Assembly (NCBI RefSeq): GCF_009834535.1
Contig: NC_045697.1
Coordinates: 28,088,001 to 28,152,000 of the forward strand
Source: Camelus ferus
Lineage: Eukaryota
Direction of reading: 5' to 3'
Length of the DNA: 64,000 nt
Positions 1-12,615 of this stretch are shown one piece after another (the stretch's first letter is position 1; every line of letters starts with the position of its first letter). The translations under genes were made by a program, and so were the position numbers. Under the pieces are notes generated by a model. The model saw only the letters and a program-made list of their open reading frames with translations, did not search any database and was not told where the DNA came from.

Positions 1-577
1 TTGTATTGTTAGATTTAAATATTCAAGTATTTCACTTAAATTCCTTTTATTTTGGTATCTTTGAATTTTTAAAAAAATTCCAGTGCCAAAAGGAAGCAAT
101 ATTTATAAATGCAAACAAATGTATAAACAAACAACCCTGGTCCTCTTAAGCAATTTGCCAAATAGAAATGGTCCATCTGAAAAGGCAAACCCATCAAATC
201 AGGATCTACAATGTGGGTCAGTGAGAGGAGGGATTTTCCTCCTAACATTGTTTTTGGTTCCTCAAAATCAAAATCTTGGGGCTGTTGTAGGCTGTATAAA
301 CATGGATAAACAAGGAGAGTAAGCATTCTTTTACTGTTTCCACCAGTTTCATCAGCTTGTTTTCCATGAGACTCATAATGGCTTCCTGAAAAAACTCATT
401 CCTTTAATCTCCTGGGTCTAATGAGTGCTCTCGCGTTAGTTTCCGTCCACCAGTCAGCATTCCTACTGGTTCTATTGTGCATCCTCAGCTGGACCAAATG
501 TTTACCAGTTACCTCATTCCCAAAACGAAAGTATGAGTACTCTTCAAAAGGGTTCAGTCTAGATTGTCCAGAGGAAA
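1..577 (-). other. TMEM156: TMEM156 3' UTR (may continue past the window start)
   Basis: Unique AT-rich sequence downstream of the TGA. One AATAAA on the minus strand at 46-51. Confidence 0.7.
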
Positions 578-590
578 TCATAGAGATTGT
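578..590 (-). CDS. TMEM156: TMEM156 last exon, coding part: (R)QSL-stop
   Basis: A long T tract and aatcttcag acceptor at 591/590. CG|A CAA TCT CTA TGA closes the frame, giving 942 nt in total (313 aa plus stop). Confidence 0.8.
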
Positions 591-702
591 CTGAAGATTA
601 AAAAAAAAAAAAAAGGCAAATATGATTCACACAAAAATCTTGTTAACCTGAAAATAATTAGTGGAAAACAATTTTAAAAACATTTATTAAAACTGTGTCT
701 TA

Positions 703-987
703 CAGACACAGTAAACAAACTTACGGTTACCAGAGGGGAAAGAGGTCAGGAAGAGATAAATTGGGAGTTCGAGATTTGCAAATACTAACTACTATATACA
801 AAACAGATAAACAACAAGTTTCTTCTGTATAGCCCAGGGAACTATATTCAATATCTTGCAGTAACCTATAATGAAAAAGACTATGAAAACAAGCATATGG
901 ATGTATATGTAGACTGAAACATTATGCTGTACACCAGAAATCGACACATTGTAAACTGACTATGTCAATAAAGAAAAATTTTTCTAA
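703..987 (+). mobile_element. 5'-truncated L1 3' end (cetartiodactyl/camelid type) with target-site duplication
   Basis: L1 3' UTR motifs and an A-rich tail. Perfect 14-bp TSD AAAACTGTGTCTTA at 689-702 and 988-1001, at a TT|AAAA site. Confidence 0.88.
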
Positions 988-1734
988 AAAACTGTGTCTT
1001 ATAACATCACCCTAAAACTTCCTAAAGTCACTGATTAAGGGCTCTTTCCAATGCAATGGAGCCTCATTTACATCCCCAAGAAGACAGGGAGGTTAGTGGT
1101 GGGTGGTACACGTCTCAGCTAGGACCCAGGAAACCTAGGGTTTCCTCTTGCCTCTGCCACTACATATTTTGGCTTATTTTCCACTTTTATAAAATGAAAG
1201 TGAAAGTGTTCACACAGGTTTCTTTGGTTGTAACAGTCCATGATTCTAGTAGAAAGATACAGAAGTTGAGATTTATTTATTCACTCGACAAATACTTATT
1301 GGACATCTATTAAATGCTAAGCAACATGTCCTCTGAATGAGGATTTCCCCATTTTGCTCCCCAAGTCCCCCATGAGTGCTTCTATCATGTTAACTTGACG
1401 CTCGGTTGGAATTGGGGGTTCCCTAATCTGATTCACCACTGACTACATGTTTTTTTGCCAATGAGTAGCAGAATTCTTGGCACACAGTAGGTGCTCAAAA
1501 AGCATGTAGTGAATGAACAGAGGAGAGCTCTTCATGTGCAAGGTTGAACGTCCCAGAATGAGGACTAGAATGAGAAGTATCAAGCATAATATCCAGGAAC
1601 GTTTCACTAAAACAATTCTATGATGACATCATATTCGCCCTAGGAATTTCTGAGCCAACAGCAGATCCTGAGCTCTAAGGAAGCCCTGCCTCTCTCTAGT
1701 CCTAAGCACAAAGGTATCCTTGGCACTTAGTTTC

Positions 1735-2260
1735 CAGTTTGATGCATTGAGCCACCTATGCTGAAAACCTTTGGTTGCCTTTCCAGATCTGCTCTCTCCT
1801 TTTGTTCACCATGCTTGGTGATCTGGGAGGCCATTCTATATGAACTGTCTCAGTCTAGCTTGTGTCCTGTCGCTCTGGGTGGGTTGGGCCAGTGCGGAGT
1901 ACTACAGTGGGAAAAAGGAGTTCAGCCACATTGGGACATTGATTCTCTCTCCTCAGGGCAACCACAGGCTGTCGTGTCCATGACCAAAGGCCCCAGCAGC
2001 TGTCAGGCAGCCCTCCTCACAGGTTCCTTCTGTGCGTGTACCTGCGAGTGTGTGTCTGCCTCTGACTCTGTCTCTATGACTTCTTTGTCCCTTTAGTCTT
2101 AGGGACAGTAGCAGGGCCCCACTGTTACTGGTCCCAGGGGGCTGCACTCTCCTTTTTTGGTTTTCCCACATCCTGGTTTAATAGGTCCTTTATGAAACTC
2201 TTTCCAGGTTATTCAGTGTGAGCATACCATGGGTTTCCTGCCAGGACCTTTGACTGATAA
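1735..2260 (+). mobile_element. Ancient ERVL LTR (LTR33/LTR16-like)
   Basis: The 3' end ...gtttcctgccaggacctttgactgataa resembles LTR33-type termini. Boundaries approximate. Confidence 0.55.
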
Positions 2261-2910
2261 CTACCCAGATATTACGAAGAGTAAATGATCTGGTCTACCA
2301 CCACCCAGCACAACAAAAAAATGCTAGTTTCCCTTGTTTTCCCTGTTATACCCTCCCCAACGGTCATCATTAGTGCCGTCAACAAAATAGCTACTTCATA
2401 AATATTTGTTGAATGAAAGAAAAAAATTTCTAAACACATCTGATCACAGTTTTGGGTTCAAATACATGGAAATCGATGTGAGTTAATCTAGATTACCAAA
2501 CATTAAATTTAGAGGAGCTTTTTTATTTCAGTAGTTGAGGGCCAGTGAGTAGCTCTGCTTTACAAATTTACATTCTTTTTTCATGCTCCAAGTGAAGCAA
2601 CGACTAGCCTGCTGGACTGAGGACTCAATCCCAGGAAACAGTGCCAGAGGATAAGCTGACATCTCGGTGCATCAGTACACATGTTGTTCAACAGACCAAG
2701 AGGTTAGTTGACTGGTCCTTCCTAAATTTTGGAGGAAATAGTGACTTTATTTCATACTTTCTAATCCATATTAACTGATTTTGCAAGTTCCTCACTTTCT
2801 ATCTCCTACACCCAGATAGAAATGCAGTTTGGGGTTAACTATACCTCCTTGGATCTATTCGCATTCATAATGAATAGTCAAATCATTGGTAAAACTGAAG
2901 CATCACTCAC

Positions 2911-3016
2911 CGTGTGTGTTGATCTTGCTGATGTGCTGTGGAAGAAGCTTCTAGTTCTGGTATTGGAGGAAGCACGTCCTTGACCTGGGCCAAAGGCAGC
3001 CTCTGCGTGGTCTCTG
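2911..3016 (-). CDS. TMEM156: TMEM156 coding exon 6 (106 nt, or 103 nt with the distal NAGNAG acceptor): (A)ETTQRLPLAQVKDVLPPIPELEASSTAHQQDQHT
   Basis: Acceptor aaacag|cag|ag at 3017/3016 (alternative 3014/3013) and donor ACG|GTGAGT at 2911/2910. Matches recalled human AETTQRLPLDQVQEVLPPIPEL. Confidence 0.94.
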
Positions 3017-3903
3017 CTGTTTAAGAAGGAGAGCGGTTCTAGTCAATATTTAGTCAGTAGCAATGCAAAAGCAGGCACGGTATATTCTAACATGTTAAGA
3101 GGACCATGCGCTCCCTCTAGACAGGATTTTGGCAGTTTCCCCCACTCACTAAATTTCCTGCCTGCAGCTCTGACACTTTGAACCCATTTCTCTCAGCTCT
3201 GTATCTTTCTTTTCATTCTTCCTCTCCCACCGCCTTCTGGGCACAAGACCTGAAGCATAAGGAGGAGCAAAGCAAAGAAAAAGACAAAGTACGATGTCAA
3301 GTAACAAGAAAAGAATTTGACTTTGGGAAGTGCGAACATTTCCTTCCATTGCATCTTGTTGAAATATGTCCCTAGGGAGAATATTAAGGACATCCTTGAT
3401 TTCAGGGTCTATTTTACCAAAAAGCAAAGTTACAAATTAGATAAATTGACAGGTTAGAACCTGTCTTCCTTTGCTACAACTCTGTGACTTTATAAAATTC
3501 TTCTAATATTATCTTCGCTGCCTTCACGTAGGAGATTCAACTTGATGTCCATGGCACAATGGTACCTCTTTCATTCCACTGGGGTTTTGGGTCTTGCTTT
3601 TCTAGTTTTTATATTGAAACTTGAGTTCTACATAATACAAGTGGTTTTGGCTACACAGATGTCTCTACTTTTTATTCAAAGCCCTGAACATGGATGGAAA
3701 TGAGGTGACTTATAATTTAAAGAGAAATTTGAGTAGTTGCTTCTTAAGAAGATAAATCAAAACAGAAGATTTAAGTGTAATCAAGAATATGATGCTTCTT
3801 GTCCAAGAAGATAATTAAATACTGGGGTAGTTTACCAAAATAGAAATACTATCAAACCTTCTCTCAGAATTATATTCCTTTAATTAGAAAAAAATTTTTG
3901 ATA

Positions 3904-3993
3904 TGAAAATGAATATATGTATGTATATGCATGACTGGGTCATTGTGCTGTACACCAGAGACTGGCACATTGTAACTGACTGTACTTCAATTT
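3904..3993 (+). mobile_element. Very short young L1 3'-end insertion
   Basis: gaaaatgaatatatgtatgtatatgcatgactggg...gtacttcaa, flanked by the near-identical duplication aaaaattttt(t)gata. Confidence 0.8.
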
Positions 3994-4049
3994 AAAAATT
4001 TTTTGATAAGAAAAACTTATTTTTTGGGTTTAATTTTTTGAATAAGGAA

Positions 4050-6710
4050 TACATTCACATGATTAAAAATTTTTAAACCATGAAAGGCTATTCAGTGAAT
4101 GTTCCCTCTTGCCCCATCTCCCACCCGCATCCCACCACATCATGTAGTTCCTTCCCTTCTCCTGTTCCTCTGCCACAGACAACCAAGGCAACCAATTAGT
4201 TTTTTGTGGGTAGATGGATAGAGGATAAATTTGTACTTTTATATGCTATTAAAATGTATTTTTGTCCTTATTTACACAATTGGTAGAATATCATTCATAT
4301 ATGTCATTAATGATATATCTTAGAGATCTTTCCACATAAGTGCTTCCTCATTCCTTTTTCACAACTTCGTGGTATTCCAAATACCTGGTATTACAGCTAC
4401 CTGGTATTCTTGGTACTCCATACCACCGTGTCTTTAAATGGCCTCTTGTTTAGATTGTGTCTAATGTTTTGATGTTGCAAACAAACTAGCAGTAACTTGT
4501 ACATATGACATTTCTCTCTTATGTAAGTAAATCTATAGGATAAATTCCTAGAAATAGAATTGCTGGCTCAAAGGGCTTGTACATTTGTAACTTGGATAGT
4601 TATTGCCAAATGACCTATCCAAGACGTTGTACCAATTTTGCCTCTCAATTTACCTTAGTATATGAGAGGACCTATTGCCCCTTGCCACAGAGTATGACGT
4701 CAAGCTTCTGGGGATTTTTGCCAATCTGATAGATGAAAATGGCACCTCAGTGTAGCTTTAATTTGCTTTTTCATTGAATGTAAGCCCCATGAGAGCAGAA
4801 ATCTTTAGTGCGGTTCACTACTGTATCTCCTATACCCGATGGCCAATATTGGCACATAATAAACACCCAAAAATATATATATTTTTGAAAGAATTTAGTC
4901 TGAGTGAGACCAAAACAACCTTTCATATGTTTAAGAACTATTTGTATTCCCTTTTCTGTAAACAGTCCATGCTTACCCTTTACCCATTGGCTTACTGGGC
5001 TATGATCTTTTCTTCCTCAATTATCAGAAACTCCTTCTGTGCAAGGAAAGGTTGCTGATCTGTTATGAACTGCAAATAACTTTTCCCCAGTTGTTTTTGC
5101 TGTATACATTCTTTTTCACACGGTCAAATTTATTAGTGTTTTGGCTGAGTTTTGTGTCATGAATGGAAGGCCAGCTTTGAGTTAGTTATAAATAAACTCT
5201 ACCATCGTTTCTTCTATAATTTTTGTGGCTTCGTGTTTCCATTAAAATCATTGATCTGTTCGGAATTTACGCTGTATTAGTATTAGTGTGAGCTCTGGAT
5301 TAAGTAAATTTTTTTTTCCTAGATGACTATTCAATTGTCCCAGCATCATTTATTCAGTAATTCTTTGTTTTCCTATTGATTTGATATGCCATTTTCATCA
5401 TTTACTTAAGTCCTGAACTTTCTAATGTTTTACTGGATACTTTAATCTAGTTAAATATCACTGCCATAATGGAATGTACACTTCTCTTTATTCTTCTATG
5501 TCAATTTTTTTTGTCTCATATTGCCAGCTTATTTTTCATTGGGATATTGAAATGAACTTGCTTATTTATTGATTTAGAAAAAAATGGCATCTTCTTATAT
5601 TCAACTTCCTTTCAAGAACATGATATACCATTCCTTTTGTTCAAGTCATTTTCATGTCTCTCAGAAGCATTCTTCTGAAGTTTTCTTCAGAAAGACCTTA
5701 CACATTTCTTATTAAGTTTATTCCTAATTTATCTTTTGCCCTGATTTGAAATGCAGTGTATCCTCCAGCTGGTTGTTGTTTAAATATACAAATGCTATTT
5801 GATTTTTTATATTAATTTTGTACCCTGCCCCTTACTGGATTTTTCAAAGATTTTTTTTTTTAGGGAATTACCTTAGATTTTTCAGGTACACATCATATCT
5901 TCTGCAATATAAGTGATCATTTTACCTATTCTTTCCAACTTGTGAACCTTGTATTTCTGTCTCTTATCTAATTGTGTTGATAGGACTTCTAGGACAGTGG
6001 TAGATAAAGTGGCAATAGCGAACATTCTTGAACACTTCTGGCTTTAGTTGGGCATGCTTTTCGTGTTTCCCTTGTAAGCATGATTCTAGGTTCTTGTCTG
6101 AGACAGATATATTTTACCACATTAAGGAAGTACCTACTTATTTTTATTAAGAGTTTTTATGAAGAATGGGTATTGTATTTTGTCAAATACATTTTTAGTA
6201 CCTATAGGGATGATCCAACAATCATTCCCTCAGATCTGTTAACATGATGAGTGACACAGTAGATGTCCTGAACTGTCCCTGTATTCCGGAGTAAGCCCCA
6301 CAAGACCATAGTAGGAACGTGCGTGCCAGTTTGCATATATGCATGTTTTTAACCTGTGCTACTGTATCCTTTTGCTAATATTTGTTGAGGATTTTTGCAT
6401 AATATACATAAGTAAGATTCCTCGATGCCTTCACTTTAGACAAATCTTCCTTAGGTTTAAATATAAATGTTTATTTCATAAAAAGAAGCAGGAAATATCC
6501 TTGTTTTCTACGGTCTGTAACAGTTTAAATACCATTGGAAATATCTGTTGCTTAGACACTGTTAAAATTGCCCTGTGAACTGTTCTTCCTGATTTTTTTT
6601 TTTTTTGAGAGAAAACTGACAAATTCTGTTTCTTCTATGACAATTGTTTTGTTTAGATTTTCTATTCTTCTGGTATCAGCTCTTATAAATTTCTCCAGAA
6701 AAATATCCAT
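4050..6710 (-). mobile_element. Old, degraded L1 (L1M-type) fragments
   Basis: T-rich sequence with antisense L1 motifs (ggataaattcctagaaatagaattgctgg; ttgtcccagcatcatttatt). No intact ORF. Confidence 0.65.
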
Positions 6711-7144
6711 CTTAACTAGACATTTGAAAAATTAAGATAGCAACTACTCTTCAAGGGGCAGGAATAGATGCCTCTTTGAAGCATTTCCAGCAGAAACTGA
6801 GGGCCCTTTCATTCCTATAGAAATGCTAAAATAACCACCAAGTTTCAAATTTCTTATGGAGCATATAACTCTAAAGAGTAAATGACAGAGCTCCCCTGAC
6901 TGATTAGAACAGAGGTGGGAAAACGAGACCAGTCTTTACCAGAGTTCAGGGCTCCCATCCCCACACTCTTTTCCTCACAGATCCAGTGCATTGGAGGCCC
7001 TTAGCATCTTTATTTTTATTTTGTTGTCAGTAAGTACCAACCACATCTATGGGATTAGATCGATCAACCTTGTCTGTCACACTAAAAGTTCCCAGTAGTC
7101 TGTGATTTTTGTCTTTTCAGCCCTGTACTTCTCAAGGCTGGTTG

Positions 7145-7778
7145 CGGGAGGCAGAATTCTAAGACGGCCCCCAAGATTCCCACCCCTGCCTTGTAATTCC
7201 CTTCCCTTGAGCGTGGGCAGGGCTGTGAATAAGTTCTCATTCTTGTGATTGGGTTTCACTAAGATGAAGAGTTTTCACAGGTGTAATGAACATTCCAAAT
7301 CACTTGATTTTGAATTATTTAAAAGGGAGACCACCCTGGGTGGGTCCAACTTAATGAGACGAGAGCCCTTAACTGAGAGCCTGGGCTCTCCCTGAGGTCA
7401 GAGGGGCTCTCTCACTGGGCTCAAAGAAGCAAACTGGCATGTCCTGAACTGTCTACAGGAAGGGTCATGTAGCAGGGGTCTGCAGGCAGCCTACAGGACC
7501 TAAAGGTGGCATCTGGCAGAGAGCCAGGTAAGAAGCCAGGGCCCTCAGTCTACATCCTCAAATAAATGAGTTCTGCCAGCAATCTGAACAAACTTGGATG
7601 GGGAGCCCCAAGATGAGAATGCAGGCCAAGTCACATTTTGAGCTCAGGCTTGTGAGTCTCTGAAATCCAGCAGCTGTGCCCAGATTTCTGACCCACAGGA
7701 ACTATGAGATACTAAAGGTGTGTTGTTTTAAGCCACTAAATTTGTGGTGATTTGTTACACAGTAATAGAAAATGAAGA
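7145..7778 (+). mobile_element. MaLR LTR (MLT1-like)
   Basis: Typical 3' end tgttgttttaagccactaaatttgtggtgatttgttacacagtaatagaaaa. Confidence 0.8.
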
Positions 7779-10700
7779 AAGTGGTCAACAGATCCCTGGC
7801 CTGAAAAATCACAAGAAGTAGTAATTTAAAATGCAGGTTCTAGGACCCTGTCCCAGATCTACTGAATTACGACCTCCCTTCACAAAGGCTCAGGAGTGTT
7901 TGATGGTTGATTCTGATGTACGTTAAAGCTTCAGAATGAATTGCCATGCGAATAATTTGTTTAGACATCTTTGACAAAGCATCTTATTAACGTCCAGAAT
8001 TGGAGATTTGGAGATAGGTCTTTTTAATGGTTAAAATCCCAAAAGAGCCTATTCATGAAACCAAATAATGACTGAGGAAAATTAACAGCCCTCCTTTGGT
8101 TGGAAAGCCAAACTGCTCGTCATTTGCTTATTCATTCGGTTTGTTGATGCTTCATAGCATGGTATGACCATCATTCAGAAAGCCATTATCTGTCAAACTG
8201 ATGGCTGGTCCAAAGTAACTCTCTACCAGTACATTATCTTCTATTTCTCCTAGTGTCCAAAATCATGTAAGTTATATGCTAATAGGAAAACTTCTGAAAA
8301 ATTTATAAAAAGGCAAAAAGGTAGGCTACATGTCATTTTAATACCTTCTTCAGAATAGCTAAAACAGGTGGAAATTTTTTCTAGTTTTACACTGAGAAAT
8401 AGAGTTTCTTTCAAATCATATTAATTCAGCAACACTAGTTAAGGCAGCAGAAGCAGTCTGAAATATTTTAAAACTTCACAGAAGTCTTTTCATGAATTTG
8501 TCAAATCTCTGAACCATTTTTTTGACTTTTTCCAAGAACCTCAGCAGAGCCTAAAAAATAAAAGAAGCCCGGTCTGAGTTTTGACCTGGCTAAACCCAGT
8601 GAACAAAATGAATTTCCAACAGAGGAAACTTTGATTGAAAATAAATCCCCACACCTTACGTCTCGAATAAAGTCCTTATCATTCTGACCACGACAATGTC
8701 CAGGTTAACCTCTGATATTTCTTTTTCTCCTTTTTGAAAATTTCCATCACTTTTTAAAATGCTTTATATCTGTGACACCAGGTAGCCAACGTCAATTCAT
8801 CCTTCCAAAGAAATTCTCAAGTCCCACTGAGTAATGGAAACTTATGAGGTGTTTTCTTCACTTAGTTCCTGATGATCTTCATGTCAAAGACAAGGTCCAT
8901 CTCCCACAGTCAAGGCACATTTAAAACTTCCCCATCCTACTCAGGCTCTCCTGTCTGGTAAGGACATTTGCCCCACCAATTTTTGATATTCCTATCCCCA
9001 AAAATACTTTTCAGGTATATTTTACTTGGCTGTTAAATTGGAAAGCCAAAAAACAAAGCAAGGAGAAGTAAACAGGTTTAGTTTACTATATTTGACCCTC
9101 TCTGATCTCTTCCTCCCCATAGTGAATTTATCCAATTTTGTTTTAATTCCTTATTTGTCTGCCTCCATGTGTGCAAAGATTGTATTTTATGTATGGTTAT
9201 ATTCCCCAGAACCCACCTTAGAGCATGACACATAATGTGTATTCATTAAAGATGTGTTGAATGACTGAAAGAATGTTATTTAACTTCTTTGTGCCTCATG
9301 TGAGCGGGATGACACCAAGGACCCTTCCTGCTGTGCTTCCCCTGCAGGAGGCTGAGCCCCCTGGCCTGCGGGGAGGCACCGGACCAGGTAAAGTCACCTC
9401 CACGCAGCACCTGTGTGGCCTTGTGGGCAGCGGCAACCGGGTAGCCTCTCGCAGCAGGGCCCGGGCCTCCCATGACATGCTTGGTTCAAAGCTTGGCTGG
9501 CGGGTACTGATGTCTGAACTGCCCAGATCGTTTCTTTGTGACTTGGGCAAAGCTAGTGAGGCTGCCTTGAGGCTAAGAGGAAGAAAATAAAGGTAAGGGT
9601 AAAACAAGGTAATAAAGATGTATTTTGATGTACTTTGAAAAATAGTAAGCACCACTAAGTGCAAAACAGTATTTTCCCAGCATCGTTTGAAGCCCAGTCA
9701 AGAGCCCTGCTCGGAACTTAGCAGGCCCAGTGTGTGCGCGCAGCAGGGGGGCTGTGGCAGCTAACCCTGGAAATGATGACCTCATACTTTGAGGTATTCA
9801 GCCACAACTCTGCGAACACAGTGGCACTAAATGGCTAAACCTTTACCTGCAAAGTACTTGGTTTCCTCATAAGAGCTTTTCCAAAGATGAAGGAATTCAA
9901 GTGAATCCTCACAGATTACTTTGATCAAGACAGATGTGAAGATCTTCAGGTGGTTTGGTGATTCTTAGTTCTCTAATCTGACTTCCAAAAAAACCTTTCA
10001 GTCTTAATTATTTCTTCCTATTACCATAGAAATACAAAACTTCAATATTGCATCATTTTGGACTTTCCATCACATGAAAGCATGAGCACTTCTATGCAAG
10101 CCCAAGATAGCCAGCAGCTTTTTAGGGCTAATAGAACCAATTACAGTGGCTTAAAATAGATTTCCATTATTCAAGGTGCCAACTCCCTACTATGTTCAAA
10201 GCTCCATCTGTTATCATTAACAGTGGTCCTAAAACTACTCAGCTGTTCCCAATCTGGCCAATGTGAAAATCAAATGAGGATGGGAAAATAAATGACTACA
10301 GAATTATCTGGAATTAACAATTAAAGAGGAAAGAAACTCCTGGAACAGACAGCTGCCAGTATTCTGCGCCATTGACTAGGTTTCTGATTCATTCACACTG
10401 CAGGTATACTTAATACTCCAAGGAATGAAGCTGATGAAGCGTTTAACCATTCTCCTTTCATTATTTTGGATAAGCATTATCAAAAGTTATAATCTAGGGG
10501 GGAAAGTATTTGAAAGGCCTATGTAAGACAGCAGCAGCCGTTTTTTCAACACTGAGGATGTAAAGTTGTATTTATTTGACAAACAGTTATTGAGTACCTA
10601 CTATGTATCTTTATATGCACTGTGCTCTGAGCTGGGGATGCAGTGATGAGAATTATCAGTGTCCCCGATATCAGAAGCTAACTGGCTCATGGAAGAGACA

Positions 10701-12149
10701 TCAATCAATAACAAAAAGTAAAATAGCAACAAAAATGTAAATTAATTGCCACAAAGAGAGATGTGTGATGTTGAGGGTGTAATTTACCTGGTCCACTAGG
10801 TCTGAGACAACTTCCCTGAGGAAATATTAGTTAAGCCAAGATCAGAAGGGCAGGGTAGGAGCTAACAAGGGCGGGGGAAAGGGGGAGGTTTGCAGTGGGG
10901 TGGTGAGGGAGCCTTGATGGTTGGTAGGGAGAGTCTGTGCAAAGAGAAGATGTTTATCTGCATATGTTTCATCATCAGTTCTTCCAGACCAGGCACAATT
11001 GGCTGTCACATAAAGTCATTCAGTGAATGAATAGAATAAATTAACCTCTTTTGCCTACAGATTCTTCACACTTAAGAATTTCTTCCTGCAGGCAGAGTCA
11101 CCCTCTGCATTTTGATCTAGTCTGTAACCAAGCAGATGGCTATAACCTTTTCTGTTTTATGAACCCAAATCTGTATTTTAAGAGTCATAAATATCATAGT
11201 TAAGCAAGTAAAAATTAAATTTTCATGTTATCTTGCTTGGTTGCTGGACATCTGGCACCAGTAAATTATCTTCCCTTCCATAGGAAATTGAAACCTGCTT
11301 AGTCTTTATTTATACTGGCCTTAAACATGTTGCAAATTATAATTTTACATTGCCATTAGTTTTATTTTGGGGTAATACATATTACTGGGTCATCCGCTTC
11401 CTTTTGGCATTTGGCAGTTCTCATGCACAGCAAAATTCTGTTTCCTTTGCTTTGTGGTCCCCAAGAGCCCACCCACGTTAACTGCCAGTGCCAAAATGTT
11501 ACTTTGCAGATGACTCACGTTGTCTCACACAAGCTCCTTCCTACTTACTACCTCATAGAGAAAATGTCTCATCTCTGTTTCCAGTGTTAAATGTAAAAGA
11601 GCAAGAAGAGTTTTGATCTATGGCTTGAAGCAGCAGGAGAAAACGTCCCCGCTCGTCACTGCCTTTAAGCGGTGTGCCAGAAAGTGCATCCACTGGACAG
11701 AACTGAGTTTGGCCTCTCACCCTGCTAGGAGCTGGCAGTGGGTCAGTTACTTTCAACTCTCTTAGCTTCAGTTTTCTCATCAGGAAAAAAGTGAAGTTTT
11801 TATGAAATAAAACAAAATGATGTGTGTGAATGTACGGTGCTTAATGAGTTTTTATAGTTTAATTCATTTACATTCTCCTAAGGAACCAGGGTAGACTCTC
11901 CTGAACTGTGGTGTCAGCTCTGCACAGGCAGGGACCGTGCTGTGTTCTGGCCACTGCATTGTCAATGCTTAGCACAATTTCTGGCCCATAGTCAGTGTTC
12001 AGTAGATTTTGACTGAATATTTGAAGGTGAAGAATTTCAAGTTTTAAAGATCTCATCGTTTTTGATGGACATAGAAGGGAGAGATGAAAGGACTCCCTTA
12101 ATTGACCCATGCAGCAGGAGTAAGCGGACGCTCTAATCCTGGGAACACA

Positions 12150-12615
12150 GTGTCCTATACGTAGGTATGTATTTATTGGCTGTCCAGCAAGTGGACATCT
12201 CAGGGGAACTGTCCAGTACACAAGAAGCCAGAGAAGCAGATAGCCCCTCTCCCTGCTTCCTGGTACCCAGAGAACCAATCTGTGGCCTGTATTCCATCAG
12301 CCAGATACCCCTCCTTGGGGTTTGCCATCCTGGACTGTGAGGCAAAGCTGCAAGGTGGTCAGAGGGTAGCTCTGGCAGCTCCGAGGGAGTGTCCAGCGGT
12401 GGTGACACTGGCCGAGGCATTCTCACCAGACCTTCCTCCTGGGACAACTTTGGTTGTATTTTTGGCTGTCTGGCCTCCCTTGACTCCTGCTCCTTTTCTA
12501 AGCCCAGACTGCCCAATGTTCCTGTTGCTGCCAAGGGTTACCTACCGGTTTTCCAATACATTTCCTTTCTGCCGAGTCAGCCAAGCTGGTCTCTGTTGTC
12601 TGCATCCAGCGCTTC
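12150..12615 (+). mobile_element. ERVL LTR16-like relic
   Basis: The 3' end aatacatttcctttctgccgagtcagccaagctggtctctgttgtctgca resembles an LTR16-type terminus. Accounts for the overlapping ORFs here. Confidence 0.55.

Noticed and set aside
578..590. C-terminal RQSL as a class I PDZ-binding motif
   Set aside because: Position -2 is Gln, not Ser or Thr.
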